Origin: Chiloscyllium plagiosum
Lineage: Eukaryota
Assembly (NCBI RefSeq): GCF_004010195.1
Contig: NC_057751.1
Span: 5,573,223 to 5,637,222, forward strand
Direction of reading: 5' to 3'
Length of the DNA: 64,000 bases
This document shows, one piece after another, positions 38,077 through 50,518 of this stretch. Within the stretch, counting starts at the first letter, position 1. Each line of letters begins with the position of its first letter. The notes below the pieces were generated by a model. The model searched no databases and was not told the origin of the DNA. It saw only the letters and a program-made list of their open reading frames with translations. A program made the position numbers and the translations under genes.

Positions 38077-38295
38077 CATTCCCTGTTCCTGAGAGGCTGG
38101 TTGTGGTGCTGCATTATGTTGCTGCTGTGGAGGTAATGGTGTATGCTGAGGGAGTGCTGAGGGCAGCTGTGGCTGGGCAGGAGCAGCTTGCTGGTTCACG
38201 TACTGTAACTGCTGCACGGCTGTTGCAAGCTGCTGTTGCTGGAGATAGTAATTCTGCATCATCTGATGTTGCAATGCTTGCTGCATGGCGTGGTA
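38077..38295 (-). CDS. AAK1: AAK1 exon W7, Q/P/A-rich region (YHAMQQALQHQMMQNYYLQQQQLATAVQQ...PQPASQEQGM)
   Basis: 219 nt, phase 0 to 0; acceptor ctgtgccag, donor gtaaga; MQNYY/QQLATA resemble AAK1 MQNFY/QQLATA. Confidence 0.9.
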
Positions 38296-39219
38296 CTGGC
38301 ACAGACACATGCAAATAAAAAGAGACCCAAAAATAATGAAAAAATAAAATCTTCAAAAAAAAAAGAACAGTGATGTAAAACAAAATAAATGGTTAAAAAT
38401 AAAAATCATGAAGGAGCCATGTTGGATGACTGGATTTCCACTATTCCCAAAGCATGACAGTGCAGCACACAAAACACAGGTTCTGCATTGTACATCACAA
38501 CTTGTATCACATCAATGGAAAACTGGGGCAGTGATAAGCTAAGCAGACCTAAGCAGCAAGTAGATCAAGGTGCAATTGCCTGTAATTACAGAGTGCCTCA
38601 ACGGAATAACAAATATTGAAATGGTCCGTGCAATGCCGTCAGAAACAGGGTATTTGGAATGAAAACAACAAGACAAACAATCTGCTTGGCAATGCACCCC
38701 TGGAGCAGGTGTGAACCTTAAATCCAAGACAGCTAAGCTTTTATTAAGCAAAGGTAGGAAGGGATATGGGACAAAAGCAGATAGATCGAGTTAGGTCACA
38801 GATCAGCCATGATCTCAATGAAGAGTGGTACGGCCTGAGATGCTGAATGGCCTCCTCCTGTTCCTGTGGTCCTATCATTTACAGAGCATTGTGCACAACC
38901 ATCAGATGGCTCTGGACATGTTACAGCTAATAAAATGCTCTTCAGGTTGAGTCACTGCGCTAATGTCAGGAATGTGGCAGCCAATTTGCACACAGGCAGC
39001 TCCACAAATAGAAATCACATTATGACCCCACAATCCAAGCTCGGAGATCGGAACAAAGAGTAATTACTGAACACGACAACCAGTTCTGCTCCAGCTCAAA
39101 ACGGTGCTGTTGTACCTTTCTATCCAAGATGATCGATCGGACCCTTTTTTACCAACGTATTAACTCTGAAAATGAGGGTATCAGCAGATAAACTAGCACA
39201 TCTCACCCATATCTAACCT

Positions 39220-39820
39220 CCCTTTAGGTGATGGTGGGCAATGACCGACTGAAACCACTCCCGTCCATGTGGTGCAGTTATATCCACAGTGCTCAGGGAG
39301 GGGCTTCCAGGATTTTGACCCAGCGCCACTGAAGGAACAGCAGTATATTTCCAAGTCAGGCTGGTGAGTAGCTCAGATGGGAACTTGCAGGTGCAGGTGT
39401 TCCATGTGTTTCCTGCCCTTGTCTTTCTCAATGGTCGTGGGTTTGGAAGATTCTATTTCAGGAGCCTTGCTGAGTTGCAGCAGAACATTTTTTAGATGGT
39501 ACACACTGCTGCTACGGTAGGAGTTGGGTCGTGACTCAAGGATGAAGATGGTCAATGGGGTGCCAGTTGCGCAGGCTGCTTTGTCTTGAATGGTGTCAAA
39601 CTCCTTGAGTACCGTTGGAGCTGCACTCATCCAGGCAAGCGGGAAGTATTCCATCACACTTCTGACTTATGCCTTGGAGATAGTAAAAAGGCTATGGCAA
39701 GGTCAGGGTTGAACTAGTTAACTCAAAAATTCCCACCGTCTGACCTACTCTGCTGCTACGATATCTATACAGCTGGTTGAGTTCAGTTCCTGGTTGTGGT
39801 GGACCCCAGAATGTTTAATA
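39220..39820 (-). mobile_element. L2/CR1-clade LINE 3' fragment
   Basis: ORF 39373..39657 MEYFPLAWMSAAPTVLKEFDTIQDKAA; the same peptide recurs at 36531..36773 and 56165..56458. Confidence 0.75.
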
Positions 39821-42449
39821 TCTCAACTGATACATGGCATCTCAGATAATGCAGCACTCCCTCAAAACCACACTGCAGAATGATCCCAGATTTTAATAGT
39901 CAAAGCTAAAGTGAACCCCAGGCCTCTGACTGACAGTAAAAGTACAATGCAGAGTAGCAACTAACTCAATATTAATAATAAGGCAACCAATGAGTGCCAC
40001 AGGTCCATCAAGGAAACTGCAACAATTTCATCTCTACACTTGGACTTGGTAAACACATCTCTTTAAAAGGTTGAATCACTTAAAAATGCACAGCACTATT
40101 GGCCTGGACCATGTGCCGAATTTGCCCAAGGTTTCTACTTGTTGAATAAGGATGCAACCAATCTATGTGCAGCAGAGGCAACTGAACAGATCCAAAGAAA
40201 TGGTTCGAATCCATTAATACAAACATTTAACAAATCTGATATATTTACGCTCTATAAGTAGAACATTAACCTGATGCAATCACACTGTGCAGTACTGGCA
40301 TATGCACTGAACGGTCACTGCAATAAAGTTGACAGCAATATGTGAACACTCCACAAAACAATAAACAAACTGAAACAAAAGACTAAAGACAAAACTAAAC
40401 TCATGACTCTGAACATGAACAAAGAAAGTGAATTGTAATGGATAACCACACAATTCTCTCCACCTCAACATGGCTGTTAATTTCAGTACGGAAGATCATT
40501 TAGCACGGCCTAACTGAACAAGACATAAATTCTCACACAGACACTGGGCAAAGCTACATTTGTTTTTCAAAAGTAAAATTGAAATAAAGTAAGCAAATTG
40601 AAGAAAAAATCATATAAAATGCATATTTCAAATGATGTTAATGAGACAGAAAAATATCAACTCATTGCACAGGTCATTAATGCTCACTTTCTCAGAGTAC
40701 CATCCACAATTATACATCAGTACTATAAACAACTTCAGTTAAAATGGCAATTGCAATTCATGAAATCTTGACACACACATAATACCCCAGCCAGGAAGTG
40801 GTGCCAAGAGTGAAGCATCTGGCCCCTGTAAGGTTGATGAGAGACACTATCATGCAAGCTGCAGAATGTACTTGTACAAATCCAGCAATTAGTTAAGGAG
40901 GCTGCAGTAGGTCAGAGCAGCAATTGATGAAATGCATTCTGCCTGATGCAAACAAAAATTGAAGGAACTCCCCAGCCATTGGTGCAATACTTGGAGAGTT
41001 TTGTCTTGGAAACCCTTCCGAACCTATTTGCGGGTGTGGTACAGAAGGTACCAGGCTCACTGGACACACCATAAGGAGTTAGTCTCTCCCAGCAGCCATG
41101 TATCCAGTTTCTTTTCCCAGCCTGCATGCAGCGGTGAGACATGGATGTGTGGGTTGCTCTTATTTGATTCTCATGGAATTTGAATGATCTGGTGAAGTGA
41201 GAGAGACAGCGATCACCGTAGGGAGGATTTTATGTATGGAAGGCTTTTGGCAGGTTTTCGACAAGTACCATATAGGTTGCTCAGAAAGGGGAACGGAATC
41301 GATCAAATTAAGCGCAAAGTGATAAGATGGAAATAAAGTTGGTCAGTGAATGGAAGGAAAGGATGAAGGTGGTGGATATTTTTGAGACCAGTTGATTCCT
41401 CAAGGGTAAATTTGCAGTCCATTACTCCTTAAAATTGTCAAACATCATCATGATTCAGGTGTAGGGAGCAGCATTATAAAACCTGCAGATGAGATGAAAC
41501 TTGATCAAGTAGAACACGGCAAGGCTGATAGTTCCAGGCCTCAGGGTGACAGACAGGAAAGGAAAATGGACAGAAGAATGGTGTGAAGTGATACACTTTG
41601 AAGGGACTAACATCAACGAACAACATACAATAAATGACATGATTTTGAAAAGTACAAATGAGCAGAGAACTTGGAACCAAATACGAAAATCTTTCAACAT
41701 AGCAGGACAAACTGATGAGGTTAAAATTCATGTGGGTTGCTGGGTCTGTGAATAAAAGACTAAGATAAGAAAGTGGATATTACACTTGAACTTACTCAGT
41801 CTGTGGTGAGACTTCAACTAGACAACAGCGAAGATGTAAAAGGTCCTTAAAAGGATACAGGGGTGTACAGGGTGAGTGACTTCAGTTATGGTGTAGAGTC
41901 AGTAAAGTTGGAGAAAGCTGTTGGAATTTGGACACACTGCACCAGAAAAGAGCCTAATCGTGCAGTATAGAAGAAAGACTATTGCCAATTGAAGCTGCAC
42001 TGCCAAAACTGCACTAAATCTACACTTGTCCCACTTTCCAGCACTAGACCCGTAGCATAGTAATTTCAAGTATGCACCTAAGCACATTTTAAAGGTTGTG
42101 AGGTAATCTGAAGTGCAGTGCATACCAGATGCTTGGTGGAAGGTGATTCCATACATAATGTGAAAAGGAATGGATATGGAACAAAGCACAATTACTCTTG
42201 GAAAGTGCCAGCGCAGAGTTAAATGTGCTGCAAGCTTCTCTTATTCTTTGGTCTCAGCAGCTCATGTACATTTCTCCAGCAGCAGAGTCTAAAAAATGAA
42301 CTTTTCTGACACACTCAGGCAACTTCTGCCAACCAGGAGGATCTGCAAGATTCGTGTGACAGGACGAAAAGCAACAACCCAGCAAGGTTTCAGAGTGACC
42401 AGCGTGCTGTAAAACCTGGACAACAAAGATGACCCTCAAAGAAAACAGC

Positions 42450-42561
42450 AATTCAGGCAGCATCCGATTTTGCCTGTCCTCGGATGCTGCCTGAATTGCT
42501 GTGCTCTTCCAGCACCACTGATCCAGAATCTGGTTTCCAGCATCTGCAGTCATTGTTTTTA
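42450..42561 (+). mobile_element. Short PLE-end-related insertion with inverted 5' segment and 16-bp TSD
   Basis: cggatgctgcctga..gtgctcttccagcacc is shared with the PLE tail; cctcaaagaaaacagc at 42434-42449 and 42562-42577. Confidence 0.8.
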
Positions 42562-42809
42562 CCTCAAAGAAAACAGCCAAGACTATCTTCTTTGAAAAAG
42601 TTAGTTTTTCTCTCACCAGTATTATGTGTTGGTTCCAGAGAGTTTTGGTGATCAACACAATAATTAGGAGCAGGATTGGTTGTTTGTCTCCTTGAACCTG
42701 CCGCACCAGTCACTCAGTCACCTGCACCAATTTTGCCTCCTTACATTGCCCCGATGACCCTAAATTTCTTTAAGAACATACTTACAGAAAATAATGTCAA
42801 CGCTTTGGA

Positions 42810-43270
42810 AGGAATTCAGTGAAGGTTTACTCGTCTAAGAGCTGGAATGATTGGTTTGCCTTATGAGAAAAGGCTAGACAGGCTAAATCTGTATCCTTTG
42901 GAGTTTTGAATAGTCAGATGTCACATGCAAGATCCTAAGTGGACTTGACTAGGTGGACGTGTAAAAACGAGGTGGAAAGTTGTGGGAGATGGTACAACTC
43001 GGGATCACAGTTTTAAAATAAGGTGTCACCAATTTGAGACAGAGATGAGGAAAAAGAAAGGTTGAGTGTCTTAAAAAATTCCTTTCCTCAAAAGGTTTTG
43101 GATGCAGAGGCAAAGGCAAATAGACACTTGATTGTCAAGGTGATGTAAGATTACAGTGTGTGGGGGAATGTAAGGTTGAAGTCAAAATCCGATCAGCCAT
43201 GACACTGGTGAATGGAGGAGCAGAGTTTAAAGGGCTGAGTGGCCTATTCTCATTCCTTGTTTGTATGTAC
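42810..43270 (+). mobile_element. Decayed CR1-like LINE 3' fragment
   Basis: Degenerate similarity to the other CR1 3' ends; similar remnants at about 44210-44640, 41200-41930, 35880-36080 and 3780-4370. Confidence 0.55.
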
Positions 43271-43776
43271 CCAAAACTCCATCTGTCTTGATCTTGAAGG
43301 TACCTAAACAACAAAGCATCCACGATCCATTAGGGAAAGAATTCCTTCAACGATTCAACACCTTTCTAAGTTTTATCAGACCCTGGCTATGATTCCATAT
43401 TTCAGATTCCCTATGCACAGGCCAAAAACTCTCTTGCGAATTCCCCAGTTAAGCCCTTGAAAAATTCCTTGTGTTTCAATGAGGTCACCAACCATTCTTT
43501 TTAAAAGCGGAGAATATAGGTCCAGTTTAATCTCTGTCTCAGTCACAATGATCAGATTTGTTGGGATCAATTCAATTTTCAGCACCGTTTCCAAATAGTT
43601 GCTGGTCACTTGGGAAGAAGTATAAAGGCAGTGGAAAAGATTGTACTTTTGAATCACAATTATGTCTGCAAGAATAAAGTTGAAGCAAGGAGGAGTGTGC
43701 AGAACAAAGAAGACAATCGCGCTCTCCAAGTACATCATTCAACCACCCAATCCGGACGCACTCAGGTCACACTCAC

Positions 43777-44060
43777 CTGTTGAGCCATTATCTGTTGCTG
43801 TTGCTGCTGTTGTTGCTGCAGGAGCTGGGGCTGCTGCACAAAGAGCTGTGGTTGGACAGCTGCTTGTTGTGGGGCAGGAGGAGGCTGCCCTGCTGCTTGC
43901 GGCTGGGGTTGAGCCTGTGCTTGCTTCTGCTGCGCTGCTGTAGCCTGGGGCTGCTTCTGTTGCAGCACCAATTGCGGCTGCTGCAACTGAGGCCTTGGTT
44001 GTTGCTGAGGCTGCTGTAGGCCTGGTGGCTGAGTGTTGTGACCACTGCCGAGAACAACAC
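43777..44060 (-). CDS. AAK1: AAK1 exon W6, Q/P/A-rich region (GVVLGSGHNTQPPG...QQQQQQQQQIMAQQ)
   Basis: 284 nt; acceptor gtctccag, donor gtgagt; phase 1 to 0 fits neighbours; ORF 43762..44070. Confidence 0.92.
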
Positions 44061-44994
44061 CTGGAGACAAACACAGGGAAAGGTTGGGAAACAGAGCTGT
44101 TCACGGAAATTGCATACGCTCAAACAAATTTGATTCAACCCTTCATCTCAGCCAAAGTCAGATTTCAAAAATGCATCTCAAACAGGTAACTGTGTCAAAT
44201 CAGAATGATTCCCAGGATGGACGTACAAAAAGAAACTAAAGCAGTTTGGACTACCTACACTGGAATTTAGAAGAATGAGACAGGTTCTTCTGAAAACCTA
44301 TAAAATTCTAACAGGACTGGACAGGGCAAATGCAGGAAGGATGCTCCCATTGACTAGGGAGTCCCAACGACAAGGGGTCGCAGTCTCACAATATGGGATA
44401 AGACATTTAGTACTAAGGTAAAGAGAACATTCTTCACCCAGTGAGTGGTGACCCTGCCACAGAAAGCAGCTGAAGCCAAATCACTGAATGTTTTCAAGAA
44501 GCAGTTCTTGCTCTTGGGGCTAAAGGGATCCTCGGATAATCGGGATGACGTGGGAACAGGGAAGTGAGTTGATTACACTGAATAGCGGATGAGGCTGGAA
44601 GCATGGAATGGCCGAGTCGTAGTCGATTTTCTCTGTTTATAGAAAATGTCATTCAAACTCCCTCCCATCACAATGCTTTGCAAAGCAGGTTCTGAAGGAG
44701 TTCCTCACAACTACTGACAGCTTATTGATTGAACAAGCAGGGAAAGACTGGAAAAGAGTTCAGGAATAAGAGGCCAGAGAATTCAAGTAAACGGCAAAAA
44801 TCAAGAGGAGAATTGGAAAGAGATGACTCCACACAGAGGAATCTGGAAAGTACAATCTGCATGAGTAGCATAAGCAGATTCAGTGGGAACTTCCAAAAGA
44901 CAAGTGGAGACAATCTTAAACAGGACTTATTTGCAATTTATAGGGCTTCCAGTGGCATGATGGATTGAATGGACTTCTGGACTCTAACAATCCT

Positions 44995-45697
44995 TCTTGG
45001 ATAGGCCAAGGAGTGGCAGATGGAGTTTAATCATGATAAATATGAGGTGCGACATTTTCGTCTGGTAAATCAGGGCAGGACTTACACACTTAATGGTAAC
45101 GTCAGAGGGAATGTTGCTTGCAGCTGTACAGGACACTGGTTTGGCCAATTTTGGAATACTACATTCAATTTTGGTCTCCATTCCATAGGAAAGATGTTGT
45201 GAAACTTGAAAGGGTTCAGAGAAGATTAACAAAGATGCTGTCAGGGTTAGAGGGTTTGAGCTATAGGGAGAGGTTAAATAGGCTTGGGCATTTTTCCCTG
45301 GAGCGTCAGAGGCTGAGGGTTAACCTCATCGAGGTTTATAAAATCATGAGGGGCATGGATAGGATAAACAGTCAAGATCTTTTTCCCAGACTGGGGGCTG
45401 TCCAAAAATAGGCATAGTTTCAGGTGCCAGGGGAAAGATTTAAAAAGGACATAAGGGGCAACCTTTTCAAGTAGAGGGTGGTACATGGATGGAATGAGCT
45501 GCCAGAAGAAGTGGTGGAGGTTGGTTCAATTACAACATTTAAAAGGCATCTGGATGGGTATATGAATAGGAAGGGTTTAGAGGGATACTGGCCATGTGCT
45601 GACAAATGAAACTAGATTAATTTAGGATATCTGGTCGGCATGGATGATTTGGACCGAAGGGTCTGTTTCTATGCTGTATAGCTCCGTGATTCTATTA
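44995..45697 (+). mobile_element. CR1/HER1-like LINE 3' fragment
   Basis: ORF 45118..45411 QLYRTLVWPILEYYIQFWSP..LERVQRR..LIEVYKIMRG is a typical CR1 ORF2 C-terminus; tail shared with the V-SINE. Confidence 0.9.
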
Positions 45698-46008
45698 ATC
45701 TTTGAGAGCCACTCAGATAGAGGTTGCTTCTGAAGTTGGAGCACAGCCAAAGAACGACCATCTGTACAATATGCTGACTGATGTCCCATTCCCTGACAGC
45801 TGAAGGATGACGCGACCTGCTGCTTCATCTTTGTACCAAAGTGCTGTATTATTTGCTATTCTGGAGACAGTGAGTCAGTGAACACTAATTAAATGGAACT
45901 GCAGAGCACAGTCTGCACAAGCCAAGGCAGCTCACCAACTAATGCAAATGCATGAGTGGAAATAAATGTTGAGGGATGCACCCAAAATCCAGGGGAAGAT
46001 ATAACAGC

Positions 46009-46142
46009 GAGGAGAAAGTGAGGACTGCAGAAGCCGGAGACCAGAGTTGAAAAATGTGGTGCTGGAAAAACACAGCAGGCCAGGCAGCATCCGAGAAGCA
46101 GGAGAATCGACGTTTCAGGCATAAGCCCTTCTTCAGGAATGA
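46009..46142 (-). mobile_element. Short PLE-3'-end-derived insertion with 14-bp TSD
   Basis: Similar to the 3' end of the PLE at 11704-11793; gaagatataacagc at 45995-46008 and 46143-46156. Confidence 0.85.
46105..46140 (-). ncRNA. Minimal type-I hammerhead-ribozyme-like motif
   Basis: CUGAAGA-A-GGGC-UUAU-GCCU-GAAA-CG-UC: core boxes plus a 4-bp stem II; stem III is essentially absent (ACGU palindrome) and stem I is weak. Confidence 0.55.
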
Positions 46143-46439
46143 GAAGATATAACAGCAGCTGGTGCCAGAGCATGGCAGGATGAGGGCCCACACTGTCATT
46201 AAATTGACAATCCTTTGTGCTCCTGCCAATATGATAATAGGAATAGGTGATACCAGATAAATCGGATGGTTAACAGGCAGATCCTATGTCTTAAAAGTTA
46301 CAATAGGATTGGGGAGACTGAGAGAGCTCATCAACAGTGAAAATTTTGGGGTCCTTGTCAACAGTGAAATACAATTAAGATAAAGAATAACAGTTTCATT
46401 TTAATGCAGGAAAGAAGGAACAAGGGATGGGGTGAAGGA

Positions 46440-47097
46440 ACATAGGTCCTCAGTGAGATCGCAGGTAGCTGGGGTAAAGGTGGCATTTGGCAAGCTTGCC
46501 TCCATCTGTCAGAGCAATGAGTGCAGGAATTGGGACATTAACTTCTGGTTGTACAAAACATTGGTAAGGCCACTTTTGGAATATTGCATACAATCGTGAT
46601 CGCTCCGCTCTCGGAAGGATGTTATTAAACTAGAAAGGACACAAAAAAGATTTACAAGAATGGTACCAAGGCTGGAGAGTTTGAGTTATGAGGAAAGGCT
46701 GGATAAGCTGGGACATTTTTCCCCTGGAGTGTAGGAGGCTAAGGGGTGACCTTTTAGAAGTCTACAAAATCATGAAGGGCATGGATAGGGTAAATAGACA
46801 AGATATTCTCCCCAAGTAGGGAGTCCAAGAGGGGAAATATTTTAAAAAGGACCTTACGGGCAACCCCTTCACAAAGAAGGCGATGCATGTATGGAATGAG
46901 CCGCCAGAAGAAGTGGTGGAGGCTGGTACAATTACAACATTTAAAGTGCACGTGGATGGGTATATGAGTAGGAATGGTTTAGAGAGATATGAGCCATATG
47001 CTTGCAAACAGGACTAGATCAAGGTAGAATATCTGGTTGGCACGGACAAATTGGACCAAAAGGGTCTGTTTCTGTGCTGTACATCTCCATGACTTTA
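46440..47097 (+). mobile_element. CR1/HER1-like LINE 3' fragment
   Basis: Co-linear similarity to 44995-45697. Confidence 0.85.
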
Positions 47098-48374
47098 CAA
47101 CAAACAAGAAAATGTACACTGGAAACGGAAATTGAGTGAGGAGAGGTGTGTGCATCATTTCAGCAAAGCGATATTTTTTAAATACGTCATGAGACATTGT
47201 GAGCGCACAAGGTGACTGAAATTCCTATTTTGCTGTCCTGACTGTTAATTAAAACATGCCAAAGTAACAAACAATAGGAGAATGTAAGATCAACAATCAG
47301 TGCCATTCTGATATACAATAATCCAAGGATATATGCATCAATCACCAAGGGCTGGGCTTTGAAGGAAATTGCTGGAACCAAAGTAGAAAACTAAGCAGTC
47401 AATTATCCCAGTATCTTTAACACAATAAACCGTGAAGCTAAAGACATAGACAACAAGTTAAAACAGCTAAATTGCTTCTGACAGTTCAATTTAATAACAT
47501 CACATGCCAATAATATATTTAGTGAAGTTAATATATTTTGACAGCAAGAAAGAAATGCACTTAGTTTGGGAAATGCTGACGGCATTGCATGATTCTGAAC
47601 TTTGCTGCTTCAAAGGGACAAACACACTTTGGAATAAATGTTATTGTTAGCCAAGTAGCCTCAGTACGCACTTAGCTGAAGTCATTTCAGCAAAATAGCA
47701 ATGCTGTTGGTCCCAAGAGTTCTCATTTCCTGTTGGGAGAACATGGCAGTTGGACCCAGTACAGTTGCTCCTCCACTCTTTATGAACAGTCTGTCTCCTT
47801 CGCTTTCTGTAATTTTCAGGTGCAAACAGGACAGACCAATAACTTGCGCCCAGACCTCTTGTAAAGTCACTCTGAGAGTTTGACAGCAAGGTATTGTCCA
47901 ACAATGAGCTGAATGGGTCAATTCACTGGCAGGAAGTGCCTGATGTCAATTTGTGAGTTCCCCCAGGAGATGCAGCTGCAGCCAGTCAGATTCCTTGTCT
48001 TGCCTGTCTGTGGCAGGACATGGAATACCCTCCTGTGAATGCTTCAACCATAGAGGGTAGTGAAATACAAAGGATTGAAGGATTTCAAACACAAGTTACA
48101 GATCAGGGCAAATCAGTGGGGACATCTGCTTCCTGTGGCAGTCAATGATATTAGGCAAGCCAATAATCTGCAAATTCTAATGTTCAGAGCATACAGTCTC
48201 AAAGATTGCTCAGTGGCCAAGTTCAATTCTGCCTAAAAATGGTAGGGAGCTTATTGCAAAATATTCAGTCAGCCACTCACAACAATTCAAGCATCAGTGA
48301 AGGTCCAAGACAGTGAGTGAGGATGTGAGATGGAGACAAAGGTAGACTGTGCTGCTGGGAAAGCAGGTTTCAAC

Positions 48375-48376
<2 letters not shown>

Positions 48377-48416
<40 letters not shown>

Positions 48417-48419
48417 CGC
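48377..48419. repeat. (TG)16(CG)5 compound microsatellite
   Basis: Read directly from the sequence. Confidence 0.95.
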
Positions 48420-48455
48420 CATGCGCAGTTGGATGGCTCTGTACTGTACAACTTT

Positions 48456-48531
48456 GCCTGACCTGCTGCGCGTTTCCAGCAACACATTTTCAGCTCTGAT
48501 CTCCAGCATCTGTCGTCCTCACTTTCTCCTC
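48456..48531 (+). mobile_element. PLE 3'-end fragment
   Basis: tgcctgacctgctg..tccagcaacacatttt..gtcctcactttctcctc, the same tail as 46009-46090 in opposite orientation. Confidence 0.7.
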
Positions 48532-49770
48532 TAAGAATCAGTGGGCAACTCCATGTTGGGTCAGGGCTCAAACGAAGTCTGCGTGTAATTAATAATTCAG
48601 TAGAGCTGAGAGTGGGGTTTGAAAAGCTCACAAAGTGTTTGATTGATCCAACAGAACAACATGGATAGGAAATACACGGATAGGAAAGGTTTCGAAGGGT
48701 ATGTGTGAAGTGCAGGGAAATGAAGTTCGTGTGGATGGACATTTCAGTTGGCACAGACCATTTTGGGTCAAAGTGCCCATCTCCATGCTGTAGGACTCTG
48801 ACTCTAACATTACCAGCTCAGGGAAAAACTCGGTACGATGAAACAAGCTGTTGGTCAAGAGCTTGGGTTATGCTTGTCAGAGTACTGTGTGCAGTTTTGG
48901 AGTTCAGCAACCAGTACTGTTTGGAAAGGAGAGTGGGGCCATCATTGAGGTGCCTCATGACAGAATGGCTAATGAGGTAGTTTATAAAAGTGAAGGAGTT
49001 TTATGAAAGTTGACAACCAACAACCTGAGCGATGCTTGGTGGTAGGTTGAGTTGCTTAAAAATCAATGAAATCTGTCTTGTTCCCATTTGCTGCTTATTA
49101 AATGCTTGTAACAATATCTGATTTGAAATGCATGTTGATTGAGAAATAAGAATAATCATTAGGTTGGGACATTAAAACATTTGAAGATAAAGACTGACGT
49201 AGGCTTTCACCAAGAAAGACTCCATCGAAGCTTGCAGGGAAAGGATACGTGGATTAATTATACAAGTACTCAGCATAGTCAGCAAAAAGGTAAACAAAAG
49301 TTAAATTGCTGAAAGAAAAGGGTGGAAAGCATTTATGACAACATCATAGCTGGGTGTGAACATGAATTGCTAATTGCATAACAAATACTGGAACCACCCA
49401 ACTGATAACAATGGCAAAGATCATTATCACCTGAATGGCAAGAGAAACCAGGATAAGACAACACTCAATGGCAGAGAAAATCTTCAGTCAAGGTTTGAGA
49501 TTGAAAGTAAAAGGGCAAGGTGAAAGAAAGATCCAGATGTAACCGTGAAACATAATCAATAATTGATCTCATTAGAAGCCCACAACTTCATAAAGTAATC
49601 TTCACTCAATGATAAAGGAATCTTCGCCAAATAATTAAGGAATGGTGGGAAACAATACTTCATCATATGCAAGTGGAAGGAAGCATCACAGAGGATTAGT
49701 CGCCGCATGTGCAAAGTGGCAGGATATCTGAACAACATTAAAACAAGAACCGTTCAGTGAAATTGTGGAC

Positions 49771-50074
49771 AGGGAGCGGCACAGTGGTTAGCACTGCTGC
49801 CTCACAGCACCAGGGTCCCAGATTCTATTCCAGCCTCAGGCTGTGTGGGGTGTGCACAATCTCCCCGTGTCTGCGTGGGTGTCCTCCGGGTGCTCCGGTT
49901 TCCTCCCACAGTCCAAAGGTGTGCAGGTCAGGTGAATTGGCCATGCTAGATTGCCCATAATGTTAGGTGCAAAAGTCAGAGGGAAATAGGACTGGTGGGT
50001 TATTCTTCGGAGGGTCGGTGTGGACTTGTTGGGCCAAAGGGCCTGTTTCCACACTGTAGGGAATCTAGTCTAAT
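49771..50074 (+). mobile_element. HE1-like V-SINE
   Basis: Same head, V-domain and tail as 15778-16100. Confidence 0.9.
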
Positions 50075-50518
50075 ACTGAGGACTCTCAGATAATAGTCCT
50101 CAAAAATTATTTTCTCCCACCAGAAGAAGTGATGTTACCTGCTCAAGGATTTAAAGTAAAGATTTACTTTTAATGCTGACGGATATCCTTTTCTTCTTCG
50201 ATACTGTTATTTGCTTGCAGTTACAAGTGAAGTCTCCTGTTTACCTTGATTCCAGGGCCAAATTGCCATTTGTGGATCCTTAGAGAACAGCCGTACGTAC
50301 AGATTTACAACTGAAGACCTGCCTTCTTCGGTGAAGTTACTGGTGATTGTTTAAAACCATAGAACATTTTATTTTCTCACTGGGTTCCTTGAATCTGTTA
50401 GTGGGTGCTCTTGTCACAACCTTTTGAGCTGGTTTAACAAACACTGCTCTGGACAAGGGCCTAATCAAAACTGGCTCTGCCTCCAGGTTCAAAGCAATTT
50501 TACACTCTGAATAAGTCA

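Noticed and set aside
38037..38383. ORFs 38037..38318 (+) and 38114..38383 (-)
   Set aside because: Antisense and alternative frames of Q-rich exon W7
43662..44138. Overlapping Ala/Ser/Leu-rich ORFs on both strands
   Set aside because: Shadow frames of the CAG-rich AAK1 exon W6; only the Gln frame fits the splice phases
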